A stretch of DNA of 64,000 nt from Eledone cirrhosa. Lineage: Eukaryota. Positions 51,877 through 64,000 of this stretch are shown in pieces. Each line of letters begins with the position of its first letter. Within the stretch, counting starts at the first letter, position 1. A program made the position numbers and the translations under genes. Location of the stretch: positions 42,284,001-42,348,000 of the forward strand of contig OZ024740.1 of assembly GCA_964016885.1 (NCBI GenBank), in the 5' to 3' direction. Below the pieces are notes generated by a model. That model made no database searches. It was not told the DNA's origin and was given only the letters and a program-made list of their open reading frames with translations.

Positions 51877-53720
51877 TGTAGTAAGACGCCTCACGTCTCT
51901 TGATAGAACAACGCCGGTTGAGAACGCGAGAAAGAAAAGACAGACAGCCACTGGAAAGCCGACGGATCACACGAAAGAAACCAGCCTCTGTATCACATCA
52001 TTGTTTGTGCTACATCAAACATAAACGTATATTTCATCTCTAATTTCTGCTGTGAAAAACGCGCATCTGGATTAGCAAAGGTACCCAGGGGAACCTTACC
52101 GTGTTTCTGGGATTACATAGTATCTCGCATCCAGGATCTTCTGCCACAGCAAAGCTCATATCAGCTAGATTTTTCTGGTCAAATATGAGGCGTGAAATTG
52201 CTGCTTGGTGCCGTTCCTGCGTCGCTTGCCAGAGATCAAAGGTCCATCGACACGTCAAGGCTCCCCTGGGTACCTTTGCTAATCCAGATGCGCGTTTTTC
52301 ACATATTCATATTGACATAGTCGGACCTTGGCCTGTCAGCGATGGTTTTTCTTATCTGCTGACCGTCATTGACCGTTTTTCGAGATGGCCTGAGGCCATC
52401 CCCTTGCAAAACATCACCGCGGAGACAACAGCACGTGCTCTTGTGTCTGGAAGGATCTTTCGTTATGGAGTTCCATCCACAATAACTACCGACCGTGGAC
52501 GACAGTTCGAGTCGAGCCTTTTCCTCGAGCTGTCAAAATTAATTGGTGCTAAACGCATTAGAACTACGGCGTACCATCCCGCTTCGAATGGTATGGTGGA
52601 GCGTTTTCACCGCCAACTGAAGGCCTCCTTAATGGCCGCAATGGACTCGGCGCATTGGAGCGAGTACCTCCCTATTGTGCTACTAGGGATTCGGTCAACG
52701 GTGAAGGTCGACTTTGGATTTTCACCGGCCGAAGTACTGTACGGTGCCCCTCTGACGTTGCCCGGGCAAATGCTTGCCCCTATCGATCTTGATGCCCAAG
52801 ATCACGCTTTCTACGTGTCCCGTTTGCGCTCCTATTTCCAGGATTTGCCGCCAATGGACACTAGAAAACAAACTGTCAAGACTGCTGTCCCGAGGGATAT
52901 TGCCTCGTGGACGCATGTCTTTGTAAGGAAAGATTCTGTGAAGCCCCCGCTCACACAGCCTTACACTGGACCTTTCCGTGTCTTAGCGCGCTCGGCTAAG
53001 CATTTCACGTTAGATATTAAGGGGTCCAGGGAGACAGTTACAATAGACAGGCTTAAGCAGGCGCACCTTGACACGGACGCTGTGGTTCCTGATCCACGAA
53101 CCCCTTCGTCTTTGCCTGTTGAGCGAACGACTGTTCCTGAACCACCATCATCGCCTGTCCCTACACCACCACCATCGCCACGTTACAAGACTACGACCCG
53201 TTCAGGTCGTAGGGTCCACTGGCCCCAAAAATTTTGCAGCACCGTCTATATTTAGACTATGTTAGCTGCACCTTTTTTTGCCTCTGTGTTTCTGCTTTTT
53301 CTTTGCCTTGTTTTTTTTATGCATGCATGTTGTTTTTTGTTTTTTTTAAACATTTTTCAAATCCTTATTCTGGATTCAATTTTTGGTAGAGCGAATAGCT
53401 CCCCCTTGTTGCTTTGTTCGCCATCTTACTCCTAATTTGAGTAATGGCATCGATTTTCGATAATTTGAAAATCTGGCTCGAGGTACTGTAGTAAGACGCC
53501 TCACGCCCCTTGATAGAACAACGCCGGTTGAGAACGGGAGAAAGAAAAGACAGACAGCCACTGGAAAGCCGACGGATCACACGCAAGAAACCAGCCTCTG
53601 TACCACATCATTGTTTGTACTACATCAAAAATAAACGTATATTTCATCTCTAATTTCTGCTGTTGAAATCCTTATTATGTCACTCGTATCTCGATAACAT
53701 CTATAACTAATACTGCTAAA
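51877..53720 (+). mobile_element. Ty3/Gypsy LTR retrotransposon with gag-PR-RT deleted
   Basis: LTRs at 51877-~52053 (truncated) and 53487-53720 both start TGTAGT. A 4-bp TSD AGCG (51873-76 / 53721-24) restores mariner DETMSRSRVFEW when the insert is removed. Confidence 0.92.
52101..53255 (+). CDS. Gypsy integrase (HHCC + DDE core + GPF/GPY region), 5'-truncated pol
   Basis: H..SHPG...[47 protein letters not shown] and PYTGPFRV. Confidence 0.93.
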   Translation: MFLGLHSISHPGSSATAKLISARFFWSNMRREIAAWCRSCVACQRSKVHRHVKAPLGTFANPDARFSHIHIDIVGPWPVSDGFSYLLTVIDRFSRWPEAIPLQNITAETTARALVSGRIFRYGVPSTITTDRGRQFESSLFLELSKLIGAKRIRTTAYHPASNGMVERFHRQLKASLMAAMDSAHWSEYLPIVLLGIRSTVKVDFGFSPAEVLYGAPLTLPGQMLAPIDLDAQDHAFYVSRLRSYFQDLPPMDTRKQTVKTAVPRDIASWTHVFVRKDSVKPPLTQPYTGPFRVLARSAKHFTLDIKGSRETVTIDRLKQAHLDTDAVVPDPRTPSSLPVERTTVPEPPSSPVPTPPPSPRYKTTTRSGRRVHWPQKFCSTVYI

Positions 53721-54022
53721 AGCGTGACATTGTCTCATCACCATACACTTGCTGCAGCAATCCCAGTGCTTCTGACGGAGTTCTCCCCAACCGTACCAGA
53801 AACTTAAAGTTTGTTCGTTGCTCTGTGCTCATTGCTTGACGACTTGAAACAGAGGACATGTATATAAAATTATGAAGAAAAATGTTTGAACGCTGCAGAG
53901 AGCTAAGATTACAGTTACATACTCCAGGGGGATTACTTTGAAGGAGAAAACTCTTAGTGTGAAGTTTGGGTTTGAAATAAATCTTTTGTGACATCAGTCC
54001 TGGAAGTTTTCTGACACTCCTC

Positions 54023-54093
<71 letters not shown>

Positions 54094-54684
54094 AGAAGAA
54101 ATTAAAAGATGATTAAAAAAGTTCAAAATATTTTATTATGCGCATTTCAAAAGCAAATCTCATCCTGGGACGATATATATATAGACATATCGCCCAAAAT
54201 ATATAATCAGGAAAATCAGATAAAAATTGAATTGAAATCTACAGATAGACTGAAAATGATAATAAAACACACATTAAATATGAAAATATATACAAAAGAA
54301 AAACATTAATAATAAGAAAATATGGACATATTGAAAAAAATGAAGATAATTATATAATCAATGAATATATGAAATAAATGTTGATTATTATTATCGAAAT
54401 ATTATAGGCTAATATATGTGTACGTACAATCGCACTAAAGATGCTTTTAGCAGAAGTTATATTTTGATACTTATATATTTCATATGATGTTAAATATCCA
54501 TATTCTGCCAAGCAATGAAATATTGGATTGTAACATAGATTCCCTCCGTTTGCCTATTATGAATTGTTACAACAACGGCGGGAATATATGTTACAACCAA
54601 TATATGAAATGACTTATCGAGAATAGGGAAAATATAGTGAAAGGTATAAGGTGTAATGATGTTTTCTGTGGCTATGGCACTGGA

Positions 54685-55390
54685 ACCAGCCAAACAGTTT
54701 GTCAACCATCCAAACAACTAGCTAACAAACTAGCTAACTAGCCACCCAACTAGTGAACCAACAAACCAATTAGCCAACCAAATAACCAACCAACCAACCA
54801 ACAAGCCAGCTAACCGACCAACCAGCCAACCAGCCAACCAGCCAACCAACTAACCAACCAGCCAGCTAACCCCACCAGCCAACCAGCCAGCCAACCAGCC
54901 AACCAACCAACCAATCAGTCAGCCAGCCAAACAGTCAAGTAGCCAGCCAACTGTTCATCCAGCCAGTCAACCAAGCAAGCAAGCAAGCAAGCAAACAAGC
55001 AACTAACCAACTAGCCAAACAGTCGACCAACCTGCCAGCCAACAATTCAACCAGCCAACCAGCCAACCAACCAACCAGCCAATCAGCCAGCCAAACAGTC
55101 AAACAGCCGCCACTAGTCAACCAGCTAGTCAACCAAGCAAGCAAGCAACCAGCCAACCAATCAACCAGCCAGCCAAACAGTCAAGCAGCCAGCTAAACAG
55201 TCAAGTAGTCAGCCAACTAATCCATCAGCCAGTCAGCCAACATACCAGCCAGCCAAACAGTCAGGCAGCCAGCCAACTAGTCAACCAGCCAGTCACCCGG
55301 CCAGCCAACAAGTCAACCAGCTAGTCAACCAAACAACCAAGCAAAAAACCAACCAAACAAACAAAAATCAACCAACAAGCAGACAAACAT
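54685..55390. repeat. Degenerate (CCAA/CCAG)n tetranucleotide array
   Basis: About 700 bp of agcc/aacc/agtc tetramers. Confidence 0.95.
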
Positions 55391-55818
55391 AAGTATGTTT
55401 CCAGAATTCGTAATTTCCCACCACAAAAAAAAATAGTGGAAGAGCATTTTTGATAAAATGATTATGTAAGGTTTAGAGTGTAACACTTTTCAAGCCCTTT
55501 AAAAGAACGAGCTGAATTCATTAAAAAAAATCTAACTACAGACGTATACCTGCAGAAAAGAAGTAAAATGTATGCAAACTGAGATCCTTACTGAGATCTT
55601 ACAATCTACTTGTAAAAAATGTAGCAAGAACATGTAAAAATATAAATTCTCACGCATTCAATAATATTGATATGGATGCGTCGACATTAGCAACTCAGAT
55701 TAAGTTAGATAACGAAATGACGAAATGAAACGTCGAGCGTAACTTCAACTTTGAAGGAGGGAACACTTCCTGTCTATGTTGTTAGTAATCTCTAGCTTGT
55801 TATATATATATATATATA

Positions 55819-58200
<2,382 letters not shown>

Positions 58201-59915
58201 CTCCTCCCTCTCTACTTTAGCCATAGAGTTCTCTCAATAAACAGACAATCACACACTCAGGTAGTTAGACAGCTAAGATCATTTGCACACTTACAAACGG
58301 TAATCGGCCTGTTTCCACAGAGTTCTCACAGTTGAGTGCACTTTAGAATACCTACTTAGTAAATAGTTAGAATGATTACACACTCAGAATACCTAGTCAG
58401 TAAATAGTTAAAATGATTACACACTCAGGCAAGACCGATTACGCGCATTTACCTTTACTGTAAGATACCCTAACCATTGAGTTCTGTCGTTGGGGATATA
58501 GCTAGACGTATTGCACACTCAGTTAAGACCGATTACGCTCTCTATACGTAACTCTACACACAGTACCCGTTTCATTTAGACATTGAGTTCCCACAGTTAT
58601 GACTGGTCACGTTCCTACCGATTGAACACTGCACTAGGTTTTGATCCGTGATCATCTAACCTTGGAGTGCTCACGGTTATGGATTGAACAATAATACTTA
58701 CACACCATTAATGGGCCTACACACATCCTCTGGGTTTTGCTATCCTTTGTTATTTTACTTTACCTTTTGTGTTGGATAACACACCTCCACCACTCAAACA
58801 CCTATCTTAAAAGCCCAAGGGCCCATATGACGGGAAATCGCACATACAGACACCTTAACCCAAATACCCAACCCTACACGGAGCCCCTTGCTGACCTACA
58901 TAGCGGTTGCTTGCACGCATAGATTTGGGGACTCGGATTTTCAATGGGACAGCGGTACATACTGAGTTCGATATGAGCTGATTGCTTGCTCTTCACATGG
59001 ATGTATATATACCTAGACATACACTTTTTTGGATGATACGGATGTGTATAAACCATAACATACACTATTTGGAGATACGGATGTTACAATTCAATCTACA
59101 CACGTATAGCAGACCACTGAACTGAACTTACTTGCTTGTGTATGGGGCTGTGGTTGACCTAATATTTCCAATTTACATCGTCAAATTGAGATTTAACCAA
59201 TGTAGCATTTGTTGTTTTGTAAATTAACTTTCGGTGAATGCTATGTTGGTATATTCTTATATTTTTTATTTTTTATTTGACATCGCTTCGGTGTGTGTGA
59301 GAGTGTGTGTACTCACTCACACTAATTGTGACCGTCTATAGTTCTACAGATTTGATACTGTGTTGGTATGTATATATATTTTTTTTCTTTGACTTCGAGT
59401 CGGTGTGTGTGGGTGTTGAGTGTGTGTGTACCCACTCACATTAACTGTGACCGACTGTATTTCTACAGATTTGATTGATGTCCAGCGCCTTTTGCAGCTA
59501 TTGGGATATAGAAACTTAATAGTTTAATGACTTTAACTGAAGATGATAGCAGTCGCCGTATTTTTGACTGCTTGATCTTCATATGAGGGAATAGACTCTG
59601 TGAGTGAACATTGCTAATTTTCCCCCTCATATCAAGAATTTGAAGACAATTCATTTTCACTTGACGTGATCAGTGATAATTGATCATGGCTTCACGATCT
59701 ATCTATCTCTTATTGAAACATGTGTCGTGATTAAAATGATTGGAAATTTTACCTTGCCTTCGGGTTTTCATTTTGATACTAATACTCCGTTTTACATCAT
59801 CTAGCTGTTCCCTTGAATGGAATTGGAGATATACAAAAGCGTAGAGAACTTAATATTGCTAACAAAAATTTATTGGACCGTTTTACACAACCAATAATAC
59901 ACCTTACTATATAAC

Positions 59916-59951
<36 letters not shown>

Positions 59952-59953
<2 letters not shown>

Positions 59954-59997
59954 GTAAAAAAGATGCAGCGATTCTTTGCTCAAAATTTAATCTGTTA

Positions 59998-60042
<45 letters not shown>

Positions 60043-60424
60043 AAATGAGGGTTTTTTTTAATGAAAAAAAAAAACGAGATGTCCTACACTAGTGAAAGTA
60101 TAAGGAAAAAAGATGAAATCCAAAATGCAAATGGAGTCTTTTTAAGAATATTTATTTGTTTCGTTTACCGGTTTCACAGATGCAAGAAAAATCACAATAC
60201 TACCTTTGAAAAGCATAAGAACTGTGAAACCGGTAATGTAAACAAATAAATATTCTTAAAAAGACTACAGTTGCATTTTGGATTTCATCTTTTTTCCTTA
60301 TACTTTCATTAGTGTAGGACATTTCGTTTCTTTTTCATTAAAAAAAAAATCATTTTCTTATATATATATATATATATTAAAATAACAGATTAAAGTTTAA
60401 GCAAAGAATCGCTGCATCTTTACC
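59952..60424. repeat. Long palindrome (~200-225-bp arms, ~40-nt spacer) spanning (TA)n and a PLE-type GAAACCGGTA end
   Basis: 59952-60179 is complementary to 60222-60424. The inner part belongs to a family also seen at ~8480-8640 and ~38115-38310. Confidence 0.88.
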
Positions 60425-60535
60425 GTCGAGCCCTCTTCAGATTTTAAACTTCAAATTTATTATTATTACTATATATATATATATATATATATTAATTCAA
60501 AATATTAACAAAATAGATATTCTTGTGATCAATTA

Positions 60536-60602
60536 TATTTTATTATACATATTTCAGAGGTACTGAGTTAAGTTTAACAGTACGTCCTCATCAGATAAAA
60601 TA
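60536..60602 (-). ncRNA. Type I hammerhead (same family as 6110-6176)
   Basis: tattttat-CTGATGA-ggacgtactg..cagtacctct-GAAA-tatgta-TA-ataaaata. Confidence 0.78.
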
Positions 60603-61187
60603 AAATGATGCATGACATACCCTGTCATAGTAGATGGTTAAGATTCAGTCATGTTAGTGATTAACATATGACAAAACTCAATATTTATACCCTAATATTG
60701 AAAACATGAGAAAAATATATAATACAAACAATAGAGAGGGTGCGTGTAATACAGCTTAAAAAATACATGGCTTCAATATATATAACAGTTAACACATTTT
60801 TAAATATATATATACATATTATATTATAACAACATGCATTATAACATGCTGCTTCGTTCGTCTCTGGGTCGAAAATATAAACAATTTTTTTTCTCTGTTT
60901 TTTCTTTGCTTGTTTCCTTAAAGCCTCTTGGAATGTGTTTACCATCATTCCGTTGGTATACATATATTACGCAATATATATCTGAAGATGTCACCAGTTT
61001 CTTATGCAACCTGGCCACTGAAATGTGCATAGTGTTTTCAGGAATAATTAAGAAAATTCAACATATTTGGCCTCCTGTCATTTTACTTTATGATACATTT
61101 GACTCCGTTGCATAACGTCGAGTGCTTTTCTCATATTACGACATGATTAACATTACAGAATGACCAATTCTACCCAGTGGTAAACCA

Positions 61188-61345
61188 CTTTATAGATTTA
61201 ATGGTGTTGCCTAGTGTTTATAGGTTTAATGGTGTAATACAGAGCTTATAGGTTTAATGATGTTGTATAGAGTTTATAGTTTTAATGGTGAAATATAGAG
61301 TTTATAGGTTGAACGGTGTAATAAAATATATAGATTAAATAGGGG
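61188..61345. repeat. ~28-bp minisatellite
   Basis: About 5 copies of ttataggtttaatggtgt..tatagagt. Confidence 0.8.
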
Positions 61346-62804
61346 TTATATAGAATTTGTACAAATATATTGTTGATGGCCTTATCTTGTAGTAAATCTG
61401 GGTTTACCGTTTGTAATTCGTGTTTGAAAGCAGTAATTAACTTGTGACCTTCTCGTCGTCAGTCCCTATGCATTTTGGTTTATCTTATAGTTGCAGCTAG
61501 TTTATTCTTATATTAATTATACACACTGCATTTGATGATAGTATTCAATTGGCTGTGATTTTTCCGAAATCTAAATAAGTTTGTTTGAGATATATTATCG
61601 ATATTTGATTGTGTGTTATCATTTCGCGGAATCTACGTTACTCACGACTGTTGGCGAATAATAACTGCGACATAATGCAGAAAAATATTCAATACCTAAA
61701 CGTTGGTAGCTTCAGTTTGTACTAGATATTCTTTAGAAATATGTTTGATCATGGATAAAGACAACATTTTCATTTACTCGTGCCGATGTAAGTAATGAGG
61801 ATCTGCTTAAATTTTGCTGTGAGTTGTGTTTTGAGCCGTTTGCATTCTTCGCTCATTTCTAAATACCCGTAAGTGGCTGCCACTGTAAAAGTCTCTGTGA
61901 TATTATGATCTTTGCATTAGTCCGAGTTGGTGTTTTTACAATTTTTTTCTAGAAGAGAATATCTATTGAGCTGCCGATACTTGTAATTGGTGTGTTTAGC
62001 TTTTGTTGAAATTGTTTGGTATAGAAATGTATTTCTCTTCAACGAATGTGACTTGCAAAAGCAACAGCTTCACACTGATTTCTGAGTAGCAGAGATATTT
62101 TAGAGACGGTGAATTGACAGAAACTTTAGAAGGTCAGGTAGAATGCTTTGGGGTATATGTCCCGACTCTGTACCACCGAGGTCAACTTTACCTTTTCTCT
62201 TTTGGGGTCTAGAAAAAGTAACAGTCTACTATTGGTGTTAATTCTTTCTCTATATTTCGTTCAATCTTCCTCTCCGCCTGGTTTAATATAGATGATCTTC
62301 GCCAGGTTTAAAATACCCAAGGCACACAAGACACACAATACCCCTATTAATCCACCAAAAAGTACGGGTTTAAAGAAAAGGATAGAAGATATTTTAGATC
62401 CCAATAGCTCTTCGTCTTTTTTGTGTAACAAATCTCAGTATCTTCAATAACGATTTTGTAGAAATGGTATTGTCCTCGTAACAATTCAAACATTCACTGG
62501 AATTTCTCGTGAGAATTCAAACACATGCAATAACTGGCTCCGATTTCATGTTATGTCCATTATCACTCCATTTCGCTATACGATTACTGATGCGATCTTC
62601 TCTAAAAAGGTGATTCTTTGTATTTAGCCCCAAAGGGTAACCAATTACTTTCACCAAGCTTGTATTAATGGCAAACGTTTTCGGGATTCATTTTTATTAC
62701 ATTAAATAATAGTTTTTTAAATAATGAATAGCCCCTTGTGCCGACGCTACTGAATTCTATATATGCTTGTACACACACACTCACACGCACACACACACAC
62801 ACAC

Positions 62805-62927
<123 letters not shown>

Positions 62928-63103
62928 CATGTATGCGTGTATTTGTATATGAGTACATATTCATAAGTGTGAACGGTAAAATTTGATGTGACACTGATAT
63001 AGGTATGTGTATATAAAGGCAATGCCTGGTGCAGATAGACCTCCATAAACGTTTATTCAATAGAGACATAAATGCATTTTTGTATATATATATACATACA
63101 CAC

Positions 63104-63140
<37 letters not shown>

Positions 63141-63883
63141 AGTGTGAGTGTGTGCTGTGTGTGTGTAAGGGTGTGCGGGTGTGGTATTGGTGTCTGTCTG
63201 TAAGAGAGTGTGTATGTAGATATTTTTACAAGTGTAAATGCATGTGTGTATATATGTGTACACACACCACCTACACATATACACACACACAAATATAAAA
63301 ACATATATACATATATTACTGACTGTATTAGCAGTAGTGGGTTGTCATGTTAACATGTAGTACGGAATAAATCTCGAGATTTTGGTCAACAATGTGACTG
63401 TAAATTAAATTTAATGAAATTCACAGGACAGTTGGAAACGAATGTCAATTCGTACAATCTCTTGGAGACTCGGAAAATGACACTTTTATCTGTTTAACAG
63501 AGAAAACAGTACTTTTAAAATCTCGTATCTTTTATTACAATCCCGAAAAGACTTTAGAAAAAAAAAATGCCGGTTGTTTATGACAGTTCTCTGTATCTAA
63601 TTAAGTTTAATTTACAATCGTAGAGATTGTATAAAGACACAGTTGTTTGCCATTGAACATTGTATTTAAATAAGTTTTATTTACACATGCTGCGTTGGGT
63701 TAAATGTGTTGATTTAATCTCTAGTACCTTATCTGAATATATAAAAAAAAATGTTTGTGTTTTTGGTCCCGGTTGTAGGCATAAAGCTAGCGGAAATCTT
63801 GCTGAGGGGACCATCTTTTCTGGAAAAGGTTAACAGGCTACGTGATTGGCAGTGGTAAATTAAATCAAAAACATTATTAACGA

Positions 63884-64000
63884 TGGGCGGCAGTTTGGCA
63901 GTATCGGTAGAGAGTCGGACACCATGCTGTGCAGCACAGTGTTACGGCCCTTTATGATCTGAGTTCAAATCCCACCAGTGTTAACTTATCATCCTTACGG
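63884..64000 (+). mobile_element. SINE copy cut by the window edge
   Basis: 5' portion of the family consensus. Confidence 0.85.

Larger units (their letters stand above)
51291..54023 (-). mobile_element. Mariner transposon with ~100-bp TIRs and TA flanks, internally deleted and interrupted by a Gypsy element
   Basis: TIRs at 51291-51393 and 53921-54023. Protein pieces are MSTEQRTNFKFLVRLG, DDPRSGRPST and VITGDESWIFEYDPE fused directly to TRFEDVEDIK (deletion). Confidence 0.95.

Overview
AT-rich, repeat-saturated eukaryotic (animal) DNA. The dominant ~190-bp SINE, the tRNA-derived SINE and the dense (TA)n/(CA)n/(TATG)n tracts resemble those of octopod cephalopods, which is an inference. I could not recognise an intact host protein-coding gene; there is a probable minus-strand promoter/first exon near 45.6 kb and a CCAAT-rich promoter-like island near 3.8 kb. 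All recognisable coding sequence is decayed transposon: a Penelope-like (PLE) RT, two PLE GIY-YIG remnants, an R4/Dong-type RLE LINE, an RTE LINE, four mariner remnants, and a deleted Gypsy element nested in a mariner. The main hidden signal is about a dozen minimal type I hammerhead ribozyme (HHR) motifs from several sequence families. Most have the palindromic stem III typical of PLEs and lie next to microsatellite tracts. They occur as a tandem 478-nt retrozyme-like unit, as head-to-head fold-back pairs, as long-stem-II variants and as three U3:A8 compensatory core variants. About ten long inverted repeats and two local templated inversions point to frequent fold-back or template-switch events. 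Coordinates of degraded elements are approximate.
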